Positions 38,346 through 52,379 of a stretch of DNA of 64,000 nt are shown here, piece after piece. Under the pieces are notes generated by a model. That model worked only from the letters and a program-made list of their open reading frames with translations, ran no database searches and was not told where the DNA came from. Source of the stretch: Octopus sinensis (lineage: Eukaryota); NCBI RefSeq assembly GCF_006345805.1, contig NC_043000.1, forward strand, positions 9,424,001 through 9,488,000. The letters run 5' to 3'. A program made the position numbers and the translations under genes. Numbering within the stretch: position 1 is the first letter of the stretch; each line of letters starts with the position of its first letter.

Positions 38346-39546
38346 AAATAGGAAAGATCATATTGTCTTAGAAATAGTATGTCTGAATATCAGATGGAAT
38401 GGTTATGGATGGAATTCCTCTTATTGTAAACTTGTTCATTTAAGGTTGATTTGAGACTAAACAAAAACAGCAAAACATTTAAGTTTTACTGCATACATAA
38501 CAAACTTTATCCTTTTGTTATCATATTTCTGTTAAATTACTCTAAATTTATTTCAATAATTTTGAAAATAATGAAGTATTAAGTAAAATCACTTTGTCAT
38601 TAGAACATAAAAACTTCCATCAAATTTTAATGTAGTATCAATTTAGATCATTTTAAAATAGAAAGTTTGTATCATAACATCAGGAGTGGTCTCAGGCAGA
38701 TTGGTATCGAAAGGGATAAACTACGTTTTTCAGTTCGTAACAGCATATATACAGTTAAACAGAAGTTATACTAACATCAGTTATCCAAATTTTAGATTAT
38801 CTATGCAAGATCTCAAAGTCTAATGAATATTTAATTCCCCGTGTTGTGTGTAAAATTGAACTTGAGGATATTACTAGCGCAGTCATTTTGTCTTTTCTTT
38901 ATAATGAGAAAAAGTGAATTCAAATTCCTGAAGAACATGTAAAAGCATTTCTGAGACTAATGCAAGGGTCATATTTTTATGTTTATATCATAATCAATGA
39001 CTACATTTCCATGCTTGCTTGGGTCAGATGGACTTTGTTGAGGCAGATTTTCTATGGCCAAATGCCCTTACTGTAACTGATCTTTCACTGTTTCCATGTA
39101 AGATAATTTTTCCACCTGTCCAGACATGTTTTCCCAGAAAACTGGAAACAGATAATGTAACTTGTATGACAGTGACACTTGCTTACAACTGTCATCAGAT
39201 GTCATGACAAGGAGACACACACACACACATTTATATACTTATATATACTTATATATATATATATATGAAAAGTAAAAGAGTCAAAAGGAAGAGTAAGAAT
39301 GGTTAGGCAGCTTGTTAATTGCTATAAATGTTTAGATACATACAGACCTTCATATATACAGGATTTAAAGTTAAGCTTAAATTAAATTATTTAACGATTT
39401 ACCTGCATAAGAAGAATACCTAAGACTAGAATTGGTAGCATACCATAAGAATACTACTGGCTATTTGGGAATTCTAAGGGCGAACGAGCTCTATTTTGAC
39501 TCTTATACATTCTTAACAGAACACACCTCAACTATATATGTATATA

Positions 39547-39586
<40 letters not shown>

Positions 39587-39638
39587 ACAAACATAATATA
39601 TATACATATAAATATACAAATATACACGCATAAATATA

Positions 39639-40914
39639 CAAGGATAGGACAAAATAATGGAAACACCTTAAAATTTTGAACAAATTTATTTTAATATGGG
39701 GTAGGACCACCTTTGGCAGTAATTACAGCTTGAATTCTACAAGGTATGGACTCATACAAAGTTTGAATTGTTTCTGAAGGAATTTTTGCCCATTCTTCAT
39801 CTAAAACAGTCTCCAGTTCTTGCAGTGATGATGGTGGAGGATATTGACTCCTTGTTTTTCTAAAATACACCATAAATGTTCAATAATACTGAGATCTAGA
39901 GACTGTGGCGGCCAGATAAGATGTTCAACTTCACTAGAATGTTCCTCGTGCCATTCAGTAACAACTTTAGCTGTGTGAATTGGTGCATTATCATCCTGAA
40001 AGATTGCGCTTCCCTCTGGAAACAGTTCCGCAACCATAGGATGAATTTGATCAGATAAAATGCTTAAATAGTCTTGACTACTAATTCTGCCATGAAGGGA
40101 AACCATTGGGCCAGCGGATTTCCAAGATATAGTCCCCACCCAGATCATCACAGATCCTCCTTCATGTTTAACAGTTGGAAGAAGGCAGTCTGGGTCAAAT
40201 GCTTCTTTTGGCTGTCTCCACACGTATACTTGGCTGGTGGTCAGAAATAAGGTAAAGGATGACTTGTCTGAGAAAATTACATTCCTCCACTGCTCTAGGG
40301 ACCAATTCTGTAGGATTTTACTCCACTCTAAACGCTTTGCAATGTTTGTATTTGAAAGTAATGGTTTTCTGATTGCAGTCCTCCCATGAAATCCTACATT
40401 GTGCAGCTATCAGCGAACAGGTTTTGTGGAAATTGGGTTCTTGAGGTGGTCATTAAGCTCTGCAGTAATTTTGTGATCCTTTCTAACAATTCGTGTGAGA
40501 GTCTGATGGTCCCCATCTGAAAGTTTTGGTCTTCTTCCGGAGTTTTGTTTCGACAAGGAGGTTTTTCCCTCTTTGAGAAAAAGGGAAAAAACTCCTCGTC
40601 GAAAGGCTGTCATTATTTTCGAGACAGTACTTCTTGACACACTAAACATTTTGGCTGTTTTCATTATGCTAGCATACAAGCACCAACAATTTGACCTCTT
40701 TGAAAGTCAAGTAGATCTGTCATTTTAATGAATTTTTATTATCTTTTTCTGATGATGTCTGAAAAGAAACACCAAATTTAGCAAAACGTATTAAGCAACA
40801 CTAATAATAAATTAAAAAAAACATAAAAATAAACAAGCTTTTGACAGTTTTCTAGATATTTCAAAATTATGATGCCATGATGCTAGGTGTTTCCATTATT
40901 TTGTCCAACCTCTG
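39639..40914 (-). mobile_element. Tc1 (DD34E) transposon, full-length but frameshifted
   Basis: TIRs GGACAAAATAATGGAAACACCT/AGGTGTTTCCATTATTTTGTCC flanked by TA; HTH (VSRSTVSKI..GRRPKLS), PTVKHEGGSVMIW, FQDDNAPIH, WPPQSLDLSIIEHLW, IQAVITAKGGPTPY. Confidence 0.9.
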
Positions 40915-40939
40915 TATATGTAAATGTGTGTGTGTGTGT

Positions 40940-41061
40940 GTATTTTTATTGATATTTAACAGAAGTAACAGAGTGACTCAAGTGTGATAAGTGCCAACAC
41001 ACAAAACTCTCAGACCTTGAGTCACTCTGTTACTTTAGTTAAATATTAATAAAAATATACA
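40940..41061. repeat. Short foldback hairpin
   Basis: TATTTTTATTGATATTTAAC..AGTAACAGAGTGACTCAAG / CTTGAGTCACTCTGTTACT..GTTAAATATTAATAAAAATA. Confidence 0.8.
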
Positions 41062-41373
41062 TAAACTCATAATTTGAGTTGTAGTTTTTCTGTTTGCATC
41101 ACCATACTTGTATATGGTACTACAGCATAACTGTAGCTACATGACTAAAATGAATTAAAGAATAAAAGAATATATATATATATATCATCATCATTATCAC
41201 CAACATTTGCCACCTGTTTTCCATGCTGTCATGGGCTGGACGGATTGATAGGAACTGGTGAGGCCAGAGGTAGTACCAGGTTTCATAGTCTGTTTTGGCT
41301 TCATTTCTATGACTGGATGCCCTTCCTAATGCCAGCCACTTTACAGAGTGTACTAGGTGCTTTTTATATGGCA

Positions 41374-41412
<39 letters not shown>

Positions 41413-41591
41413 AGAGTAAGCATAAAAATGTGAAACAAAGTGGAAAAACTGTCCAACGAACAGGAACATGTAACTCAGAGTAACAGTTTTTGTGATATTT
41501 TTGCTGCTTTTTAATAAAGTATATATATATATATATATATATATACTTTATTAAAAAGCAGCAAATATATATATATGTATGTATGTGTGTG

Positions 41592-41622
<31 letters not shown>

Positions 41623-41623
<1 letters not shown>

Positions 41624-41885
41624 GAGGTGCGTAGCTTAGTGGTTAGGGTGTCAGCATCATGATCGTTAGATTGTGGTTTCGATTCCTGGACCGGGCGACA
41701 CATTGTGTTCTTGAGCAAAACACTTCATTTCATGTTGCTCCAGTCCACTCAGCTGGCAAAAATGAGTAACGCTGCGATGGACTAATGTCCCCTCCAGCTG
41801 CGGAACACATACACCATAGAAACTGGATAACTGGGCCCATGAGCCTGGCTAGGCTTTAGAAGGGTGCATTTATTTATTATTTTAT
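41623..41885 (+). mobile_element. CORE-like SINE, family B
   Basis: Matches 21518-21795. Confidence 0.8.
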
Positions 41886-41893
41886 TGTATATA

Positions 41894-41929
<36 letters not shown>

Positions 41930-42938
41930 TGTATGTATGTATATATATCGTCTGTATATCATAAGATGCATGTATTACCAAAGCTGGAAAACTATGCTGT
42001 TCATTTTGAGAAAGTGTATCAGTAGCAAGCATAAAGCATTGATGGGTCCCTTTTCAATTTCTGTCTACCAAATCCATTCACAATGCTTTAGTCATCCTGG
42101 AGCTATAGTACAAAACACTTGCTCAAGGACTGGAACTGAAACCCTGTATTTGAGAAGTGAAGTTCTTAACCACACATCCACACCAGTACTCACTACAGTT
42201 GTGAAAATAACCTGAAAATACCCTGCGTTGCTTGGTATGCAAGTTTGATCTCAGTCAGTCACTTTAACAGCGTTAAAGCAATTTTAACTCATAAAACAGT
42301 TTTTGATTTAGACACAGGGCCAACAATATTAATGGAAACAGGATTGGCTGATACCACCAAACCAAATAACTGATGCATGAAAGCATTTAAAAATCATGCC
42401 GAAATCAGTAGTACCATCAATAAATCTACAACTTTGTTCTTCATACACATGTTAATAGTAATTGAGTTAGATACTGTCACCATTGTCTGAGAAGTGAATG
42501 CAAATACCATTGAGGACTAAACAGAAAAGCAAGATTTTACAGCTTCTGGATTTGGGTGAAAATGCATCAGGAGATTGCACAAGTATACCATCTTTTATCT
42601 ATTGAATGTCATAGAGACTGTAAACTTGCATTGATTTGATTCTTCTTTCTTTTTTTTCATTTTGGACATGATTATTTTATATTATGTGTTTGATTTTATA
42701 AGATCAGTTATCTGATCATAAAACTCCCCAGTCTCAGCAGTTTCCGACTGTACTAACTATTAGTTACTAATATATATATCCATCTATTGATCTATCTCTC
42801 TGTCTGTCTATCCATCCATTCATCTGTCTGTCCACCTGTCTGTTTATCTGCCTCTGTATCTGTCTGTTTGTCTATCTTTAGACATATAAACCTAAGACTA
42901 TTATACTATATGTGTACCTAGTTGTAGCAAAATATATG

Positions 42939-43154
42939 CGAGGTACTGAAAAGTTCCTGGCTTTAAGGATATCATGAAAGGCCTGGTTGGAGGCCCAACC
43001 TTCCAAGTTCTTTTGCAGGGCTTAAGCAAATTGAATGGCTGCTACAATAATAAGTGTATGAATCTGAAAAGGGGATATGTTGAATAAAACCATAATTAAC
43101 TAATCCTCTTGTATTTTGTTTTACCCAAAATCAGGAACTTTTCAGTACACCCTC

Positions 43155-43155
<1 letters not shown>
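42939..43155. mobile_element. Mariner-type MITE
   Basis: GTACTGAAAAGTTCCTG / CAGGAACTTTTCAGTAC; related copy in opposite orientation at 54766-54985. Confidence 0.75.
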
Positions 43156-43198
<43 letters not shown>

Positions 43199-43273
43199 TG
43201 TATATATATATACTGTATATATATATATGTATATATATATATGTATGTATATATATATGTATATATATGTGTG

Positions 43274-43317
<44 letters not shown>

Positions 43318-43765
43318 TACATATGTGTTTGTATATATGTGTGTGTGCATATCTCTATATATAAAACTGAAATACGTTTTTACCGCTTGGATCGCTTTCA
43401 ATGCCACTACATCCCGTCCGATTCACTCCAAAATTTACAGGGACATGTAGAATGAGGTGACGATGCTCGTGGGCTACCTTAGAAATCCCTAGCTTAAAAG
43501 GTGTGGTTGCTAGGGGCCATCTTCCTCACTCACACTATTTCCTCCTATCCCTCTCTTACTCCCCTTCATTAATAACTTTGAGAATGCCACTCCCGTTATT
43601 TAATGTATTCCCCTCAACTCCCTTTCACTTTCCCTTTATAAGTTCGTCAGGCGGCTTTCTTTGATGTATCTGTTTGCATTTATAGGGAGAATTATCATCG
43701 CTACCAACAACACACAATCATGAGAACAAATATTATGAATCAGATATTCTTGCGTTCATTTATAT

Positions 43766-44335
43766 GTGTATGTGTGTGTTCTATATATAAATATGTATAT
43801 ATAATGTATGTGTGTGTGTGTGTTCTATATATAAATATGTATATATAATGTATGTGTGTGTGTGTGTGTGTTCTATATATAAATATGTATATATAATGTA
43901 TGTGTGTGTGTGTGTGTTCTATATATAAATATGTATATATAATGAACCAGCCAGGATCCCTGGTCTGGTGGTACGTAAAAAGCACTATCCGACTCGTGGC
44001 CGATGCCAGCACCGCCTCGACTGGCTTCCGTGCCGGTGGCACATAAAATACACCAATCTGACCGTGGCCGTTGCCAGCCCCGCCTGGCACCTGTGCAGGT
44101 GGCACGTAAAAAGCACCCACTACACGCACGGAGTGGTTGGCGTTAGGAAGGGCATCCAGCTGTAGAAACATTGCCAAATTAGACTGGAGCCTGGTGCAGC
44201 CTTCTGGCTTCCCAGAACCCCGGTCGAACCGTCCAACCCATGCTAGCATGGAGAACGGACGTTAAACGACGATGATGATGATGAATGTATGTGTGAGTGT
44301 GTGTGTTCTATATATAAATATGCATATATAATGTA
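43766..44335. repeat. ~45 bp minisatellite interrupted by an RTE 3' end (43944-44284, plus strand)
   Basis: Unit ATGTATGTGTG..TTCTATATATAAATATGTATATATA occurs four times, then the insertion, then a fifth unit. Confidence 0.8.
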
Positions 44336-44626
44336 TATATACAAAGTGTATATATCTTTATTTATGTATATTAAACATTTTCATACTTTTTCATAGTTAT
44401 ATATATTTTTAAACAAATTATAAATATAATTTGATAATTTTAATTTTCAATTTAAATAATTTAAATTTTTCAATCTTATATTTTATATATTTTCTATATT
44501 ATATATTTTTTTTAATGTTTTTGTTTTTGGTTTTTCACTGTTTGATTTGCCTACTAGTGGTTTTATCTCTAATTTAATTTATACAGATATATATCTCATT
44601 TGTATACATTTGTATATATAATGCGT

Positions 44627-44671
<45 letters not shown>

Positions 44672-44715
44672 CACATATATATATATATAATGTGTATATA
44701 TATATATATATATAG

Positions 44716-45121
44716 GATCAGAATCGAAATCGATCAATGGAAATCGATCAATGGAAATTGCAGATGTGTTACCAGTGCCGGTGGCATGTAAGAGAACTTT
44801 CCGTTTCGCGACCGTTGCCAGCACCGCCCCGTTTCGTGTCCGTTGCCAGCCTCGCCTGGCCCTCGTGCCGGTGGCACATAAAAAGCACCATCCGTTCGTG
44901 GCCGTTTGCCAGCTCTGTCTGGCACCAGTGCGGTGGCACGTAAAAAGCACCCACTACACTCACGGAGTGGTTGGCGTTAGGAAGGGCATCCAGCCGTAGA
45001 AACACTGCCAGATTTGACTGGGCCTGATGTAGCCTTCTGGCTTCACAGACCCCAGCAGAACCGTCCAACCCATGCTGGCATGGAAAACGGACGCTAAATG
45101 ATGATGATGATGATGATGATG
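44716..45121 (+). mobile_element. RTE 3' UTR fragment
   Basis: GTGGCACGTAAAAAGCACCCACTACAC..CATGGAAAACGGACGCTAAATGATGAT. Confidence 0.85.
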
Positions 45122-45931
45122 TGTGCATTACGTAGTCGGTCGATTCAGCTGAAAATATGCACACCTATGTTAAAAGTGCTGGCAAGTTTGCATGACAACT
45201 ATTTTTTTCCTCAAATGAAAGGTGTCACCTCTAGGACAAAATTCCTCATCTTATAAAATGTGGCCCCAGTAGACCCGAATGAAATCGGGTTATATTAACC
45301 AAAATGTGAAAAGGGGTCTAAATGGGGCTGGAAGGGGATTAAAATTTCAAGGAGCGGGTGTTTAGGAATTCTCTGTTACATCAAGCTAAAACATTTGCGC
45401 CAGCCTTTTAATCGTCAATGTGTTGCCGTCCATGATAAAGAAGTTTTGAATGCTTGCCATGGTGAGTCTACTGCCGTGAGAAAGAATCACTTCAAAACTT
45501 GGTGTTTACGAATTTTCTTTTACATCAAGTTCAAAATTTTACGCCAGCCGTTAAACTGTCAATACGTTGTTGTCCGTCGTTAAGAAATGCCAGCCATGGT
45601 GACTCTACTATCCTCAGATTCTATCTCTTCAAACTTTGGTTTCCAATATTTTATTATTTTTATTCAGCTCGCAAGTTCGTCTGTCTCTTTTAAATGTTAG
45701 CATTTTGCTGTCTGCCTTGAAGCAGACCTTTCCATTGCCACTGCCTCATATTTCTGATTGATCTTTCTAAATATTTTATTTCTCAACTTACTCAAGATCT
45801 TCTGTTGTTTATAAATGGGATAGAGATAGATAAAGATAGAGAGTAAGAGAAAGCGAGGGAGAGTCCGAGAGAAAAGAAAAGTAAGAGAGTGGGAAAGTGA
45901 GAGAGAAAGGAGAGAGAAACAAATACGGAGA

Positions 45932-46242
45932 ATCATCATCATCATCATCGTTTAACGTCCGTTTTCCGTGCTAGCACGGGTTGGACAGTGTGACCGGGGT
46001 CTGGGAAGCCAGGAGGCTGCACCAGGATCCAGTCTGATCTGGCAGTGTTTCTACAGGTGGATGACCTTCCTAACGCCAACCACTCTGTGAGTGTAGTGGG
46101 TGCTTTTTTCGTGCCGCCGGAACAGGTGTCAGGGGGGCTCGCAGCAGCAACGATCGGTTGGTGCTTTTTACGTGCCACCGGCACAGAAGCAAGTCAAGGC
46201 GGCGCTGCAATCGGCCACGTTCGGATGGTGCTTTTTACGTGC
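45932..46242 (-). mobile_element. RTE 3' UTR fragment
   Basis: (ATC)n-CGTTTAACGTCCG.. tail. Confidence 0.85.
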
Positions 46243-46659
46243 TGAAAGGAAGCAACAGAAAGTAACAACCACACTCTTACCCGCGCATAGAGCGGGTCAC
46301 CTTCAGCTAGTATATATATATATACATATTGACATATATATATGTATATATATGTATACATATGTATGTGCATATATATCTGTCTGTCTGTGTCATTGTG
46401 TCTGTGTTGGTCTCCCACCACTGCAACACAACCAGTATCGGTGTGTTTACATTCCCATAACCTAGCAGTTCAGCAAAATAGACCAAAAAAATAAGTACTG
46501 GGATCGATTGATTCGATTTAAGATTCTTCTAATGACTGGAACAAGTGAAAGATAAAAGATAGAAGATATATGTATATATATATATATATAAGCATCTATG
46601 TATCATACTAAATGTACATACACCAATGAAAGGCATGTTGTTGGGAAAAGCACATTATA

Positions 46660-47225
46660 TTGGGTTGTCCGGAAAGTTTGTGCTGATTTATAGCAGCTTA
46701 CCTTTCGACTTATTTTAGAACATGGTTGAGTCCATAAAATAGGATTTGACTACATATCTATTCAGAGCACAGTTTAAACTATCTTTTCATAGAAGAAAGT
46801 TTATGTTCCTATAAACTGTGTTAATTCTGTAACCCTTTAAAATGGAAGATAAGAAAGTTAATTTCCAGCACTTGATGCTTTGGGAACCAGACAAAAATTG
46901 CTGCAGCTCGGCTGGGATGTGTTACCCCACTCTCCATATTCACCAGATATTGCTCCTTCAGATTTCCACATATTCAGGTCTCTGCAGAATAGTCTTAATG
47001 GTAAAAATTTCAATTCCTTGGATGACGTAAAAAGATACCTTGATGAATTCTTTGCCATGAAACCACCTCAATTCTGGGAAGAGGATATTTTCAAGTTAAA
47101 GGAAAGATGGAGACGCATTGTGCAACAAAATGGTTCATATTTGGTTGATTAAAAATGTAATGGCAAGTATTTATTGCCCTTTTTCTTTCTTTTAAAAATC
47201 GGCACGAACTTTCCAGACAACCCAA
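46660..47225 (+). mobile_element. Internally deleted mariner (DD34D) transposon
   Basis: TA|TTGGGTTGTCCGGAAAGTT..AACTTTCCAGACAACCCAA|TA; start MEDKKVNF joined to the C-terminus WDVLPHSPYSPDIAPSDFHIFRSLQNSL. Confidence 0.9.
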
Positions 47226-47742
47226 TATATTGAAGCAAGAAGAACACCAGACATTTGGTATTGTCACAAGTCACTGCTGCTGCATATTTCACTCTATTTG
47301 GGCTTTGTCACCTATTTGTTACTTGCTACGGTGAAATTTGTGCTTTGATGTATAAGAAACACTAAATAATATATTCATTGGTATTGTGGAAAGCTTGCCA
47401 GGGTCTGAGATTTTTTACAGTCAGGTAAGTTTTCCTGTATATATATATAGAAGCATGGATTTCATTTCAACAAGTAACACATGTACAGGTGCACTACCTC
47501 AACAAAAGCAAAACCTGTCTCTCGCTCTCATGAGTCACAGCAGCAATGATGTTCATCTCAGTATAATATATATTATGTTTTTAACATAAGTCTATGAAGA
47601 GATTTTATCTCAATTCCACAGTGTTATGCCTTCTAACAGTGTTTATATATTTAGTATGGCACAGAGATGGAGAGTTATATTTAATGCTGTTTAAATCGCA
47701 TTCATCCAGATAAGTGTGCATATATATATATATGAGTATGTG

Positions 47743-47774
<32 letters not shown>

Positions 47775-48261
47775 TATGTATGGTATATATATGTATGTAT
47801 ATGTATGTATATATATATATGTATGTATGTATGTATATATATGTATGTATATATGTATCTATGTATATATATGTATCTATGTATATATATATGTATATAT
47901 ATATATGTGTGTGTGTGTGTGTAGATATATATATATATACATACATATATATATGTAGATATATATATATATATTTAGATAGATATATGCTTGTGTATGC
48001 ACAGATGTGTGTATCTTTGTATCTACATATAAGTTTTGTATATGTACATATATATATATATATATATCTATATGTATGTGTGATGATGATGATAAAAGAT
48101 CATGGGTAAGGCTAGAACAATGCAAAGTAAATGAAAGGCAAATCACAAGAAAACAAATATATGAATTAATGTAGACTTACCTTGTATTTAATATTTCGGG
48201 GTTATGACCCCATTTTCAAGAAATTAATGAATGTTGCCAATGTGCGTGCATTGAATAAACT

Positions 48262-49150
48262 GTGAATAAACTGTCGTCTAAATTACGCAAAAAGGAAAAT
48301 AAACCTGGCATCTCATTTTAACAGATATATTTACCAAAATTACATAAAAATATCTTGAAATACTAAAGAGTTAATTTATTCAATAAAATCAATATTGGTT
48401 TTAGCCTTCAGACAACTTTGGAGTCTCCTGCACATCTTCTGGATGGTCTCCTTGTTTAAGTTGGTGAATGCTGCCATAATCTTGTCTTCAATTCATCTTT
48501 TTGTATGCATAACACTTGGAACTTCAGAAGGGTTTGCATATAACCATGTCATTTCTTCTGTTAACTTTTTGATCTTGATCAAAGTTTTTCTCATTTGAGA
48601 AAACCCAAATCAGATTTTCTGCTGGATTATTCAGGTTGCTTAAGAACCTTTTAGATCTGATGTAGTGATTTTCTTTTGGGTTTTTTTCTGACAAATTGAC
48701 ATTTCCTCATCATATAAGACATATCTGATGTCTTCGTGGACAACATTTCTGACAATTCCTCTGACACTTGGAGATCTTTTGCAATTGACCTCATGGACTT
48801 TCTGGGATTGTAATCAATGGTCTGTTGAACTTGCTGGATAAATTCAAGTGTTCTGATGATTTCAGAACATTTAGAATACTTTTTAAGCTTTGAGGCTTTG
48901 ATGATAGGTTTCCACCTTCAGTCTCTAACTCCTTACAAACTTTGTAGATGAAAGATCTGTCAACTTTTAAAAATTGAGATATTTCTAAATCGCTCTGCTC
49001 AGTCTTTATAACCACAATAACAGCATGCCTCTTCATTTCTTAAGTAAGCTGAGGGCCTGCCTTTATTATTTTCTGCAACAGAGTTTATACAGAGTTAGCA
49101 AAAAATGCAGCAATGTCCCCAAAAAAGGTATGTCTTCAAATACATTACAT
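48262..49150 (-). mobile_element. Degenerate maT/DD37D-like transposon
   Basis: End region shares GTCTCCTTGTTTAAGTTGGTGAATGCTGCCATAATC with 34727-35628; N-terminal HTH-like MKRHAVIV..SDLEISQFLKVDRSFIYKVCKEL. Confidence 0.65.
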
Positions 49151-49179
49151 ACATGTGGATGTGTGTATATATCTTTTAA

Positions 49180-49556
49180 ATATTACTTGTTTCACTCAGT
49201 AGACTGTGGCCATGCTGGCGCACTGCCTCAAAGAAATTTAGTCTAATGAATCAATCCCAGTGCTATTTTTTTAAAACCTGGTATTTATTCTATCAGTCTC
49301 TTTTGTTGGACCACTAAGTTACAGGGTAGTAAACACCAACGCAGGTTGTCAAACAGTGGTGGGGAGACAAACGCAAAGACACACACACACACACACAAAT
49401 ATATGGCAGGCACTTTTCAGTTTACATCTACCAAATACACTCACAAGGTTTTCCTCGGATTGAAGGCTATAGTAAAAGACACTTATTCAAGATGCCACAC
49501 AGTGGGACTGAACTTGGAACCATGTGGTCAGGAAGCAAACTTCTTACCTCACAGCT
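49180..49556 (-). mobile_element. Diverged SINE family A
   Basis: TGCCACACAGTGGGACTGAAC head and TACTTGTTTCA..ACTGTGGCCATGCTGG tail. Confidence 0.65.
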
Positions 49557-49781
49557 ACATATATATATCATCATCATCATCATTTCATATCTGCTTTCCA
49601 TGCTGGCATGGGTTAGACAGTTTGATTGAAACTGATAAGCTGGAGAGCTGCACCAGTCCTTAGTCTGATTTGGCATGGTTTCTACAGCTGGATGCCATGC
49701 CAAATACCCTTCCTAATGCCAATATATGTATATATATATCATGATTTCATTTATATGTGTGTGTATATATTTATGTATATG

Positions 49782-49825
<44 letters not shown>

Positions 49826-49837
49826 ATATGTATGTAT

Positions 49838-50006
49838 ATCATCATCATCATCATCATCGTTTAACGTCCGTTCTCCATGCTAGCATGGGTTGGACGGTTC
49901 GACCGGGGATCTGGGAAGCCAGAAGGCTGCACCAGGCTCCAGTCTTATCTGGCAGTGTTTCTACAGCTGGATGCCCTTCCTAACGCCAACCACTCCGTGA
50001 GTGTAG
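49838..50006 (-). mobile_element. RTE 3' end
   Basis: Near-identical to the reverse complement of 1415-1581. Confidence 0.85.
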
Positions 50007-50035
50007 TTCTATATATATATATATGTATGTATATA

Positions 50036-51633
50036 TCATCATCATCGTTTAATGTCCGTTTTCCGCGCTAGCACGAGTTGGACGGTTCGACCGGGGTCTG
50101 GGAAGCCAGGGGCTGCACCAGGCTCCAGTCTGATCTGGCAGAGTTTCTACAGCTGGATGCCCTTCCTAACGCCAACCACTCCGCGAGTGTAGTGGGTGCT
50201 TTTTACGTGCCACCTGCACAGGTGCCAGGGGGGTCCGGCATTGGCCACGATCGGTTGGAGCTTTTAACGTGCCACCGGCACGGAAGCCGGCCACCGCGGA
50301 GCTGGCAACAGCCACATTCGGATGGTGCTTTTTATGTGCCACCGGCACAGAAGCCAGTCGGGGTGGCGCTGGCATCGGCCACTTTCGGATGGTGCTTTTT
50401 ATGTGCCACCGGCACAGGTATCACAACTACTATTTCCATTGATATCTATTTCGATGTTCATGTTCATGTACTTGACTCAACAGGTCTCCTCAAGCACAGC
50501 GGGACGTTCTGGGATCCTGGGTACTTTGAGTGGGCAGGGGGCTATGCGGAACTGGTGCAGGAAGCAGCCCGGGTCTTTGCAGTCACAGCATATCTCCAGA
50601 GATCTCGGTCCTTCGCCATTGCCTCAGTGAGGCCCAACGCTCTGAGGTCATGCTTGACTACCTCATCCCATGTCTTCCTGGGTCTACCTCTCCCCCTGAT
50701 ACCTTCAACTGTTTGGGAGTGGCACTTCTTCACACATCTCTCCTCATCCATCCGCAGTACATGACCATACCATCGCAAGCGTCGCTCTTGCACACCACAT
50801 CTGATGCTTCTTATGTCCAGCATTTCTCTCAGGGTGCTTACACTCTGTCGTGCGTGCACACTGACATTACACATCCAGCAGATCATGCTAGCTTCATTTC
50901 TTTCAAGTCTACGCATGTCCTCTGCAGTCACAGCCCAGTTTCACTACCGTGAAGCATGGCAGTTTGCACACATGCATCATACAATCTACCTTTCACTCTG
51001 AGTGAGAGACCCTTTGTTGCCAGTAGGGGTAGGAGCTTTCTGAACTTTGCCCAGGCTATTCGTATTCTAGTGGTGATACTCTCTGAGCATCCACCTCCAC
51101 TACTAACTTGGTCACCCAGGTAGCGGAAACTATCAACTACTTCTAGTTTCTCCCCCTGGAGTGTGATGGAATCTGTTTTCTGAGTGTCTGTGGTGTCTAT
51201 TGTCCCTGTGCATCTGCCGCACATGAAAGCTATCTTATCAGTTAATTTCCCTTTGATGTTGCTGCACCTCTTATGCGTCCATAGCTTACATTGGGTGCAT
51301 CTTATGGAGTTTCTACCTACACCTTTCCTACAGATCGAGCAGGTGGCCCTGCTCGAGGGTGTGTGTGCTGAGTTCGCCTTTCTGCTTACTATAACTTTGG
51401 TCTTTGCTACATTTACTCTAAGGCCCTTTGATTCTAACCCTTGCTTCCACACTCGAAATTTCTTTTCTAGTTCCGGTAGTGATTCTGCTATGAGAGCCAG
51501 GTCATCAGCATAGAGGAGCTCCCAGGGGCAACCTGTTTTGAATTCCTCTGTTATTGCCTGGAGGACTATGATGAATGAAAGGGGACTGAGGGCTGAGCCT
51601 TGGTGTACACCTACTTCTACCAGGAATTCTTCA
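50036..51633 (-). mobile_element. RTE-clade LINE, 5'-truncated (second subfamily)
   Basis: VGVHQGSALSP, LYADDLAL, Cys-rich insert, FRYLGD, RRLRWYGHV; frameshift near 50935. Confidence 0.92.
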
Positions 51634-51647
51634 TTATATATATATAA

Positions 51648-52024
51648 AGACTGAGACCTCTGAGATATGCTGTGACTGTGAAGACCCGACAAATGAAGTG
51701 AGTTCATGGCTCACAGGACAGCCTGGATCGTAGAGTGATTCGCTGTTCTTGAGGAGACCTATTGAGTTAAGTACATCAATACCAACATCAAAATGAAGAT
51801 CAAATGGAAATTGTAGGTAAGATACCCACGCCAGTGGCACGTAAAAAGCACCCACTACACTCATGGAGTGGTTGGCGTTCGGAAGGGCATCCAGCTGTAC
51901 AAACACTGCTAGATCAGACTGGAGCCTGGCACAGCCTCCTAGCTTCCCAGACCCTGGTCGAACCAACCAACCCATACTAGTATGGAAAACGGACATTAAA
52001 CGATGAAAATGATGATGATGATGA
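51648..52024 (+). mobile_element. RTE 3' end, head-to-head with the preceding copy
   Basis: GACTGAGACCTCTGAGATATGCTGTGACTG..ATGGAAAACGGACATTAAACGATG. Confidence 0.8.
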
Positions 52025-52130
52025 TATATATATATTATATATATATATATATATAATAAATATTAGGGAATAAATCCAAATTTACAGGGAAAAAAATCAG
52101 ATTTAGGATTAAATCCAATTTTATAGTAAA

Positions 52131-52379
52131 ATATTATATAATATTAATTAGAGACAAAACCACTATTTTGCAAAACAAACAAGGAAAGACTTAATCAATA
52201 CATAAAATTTTAATAAAAAGTAAAAAAAACCGCCACTACAATTGTTTCTTGTCCTGATCGACAATCTTCAGGTGGATTTCCAATAAGTCAGTTTCAAATT
52301 ATGAAACTTTTTATTAAAAATTTATGTATTGATTAAGTCTTTCCTTGTTTGTTTTGCAAAATAGTGGTTTTGTCTCTAA

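Noticed and set aside
42500-42590. KILQLLDLGE..HQEIAQVY, resembling a pogo/Tigger N-terminal HTH
   Set aside because: Too short and frameshifted, with no TIRs found.
48190-48232. Partial hammerhead-like strings (also ~10720, ~23822, ~27890, ~32308)
   Set aside because: Multiple core mismatches or missing stems; not supportable without a family consensus.
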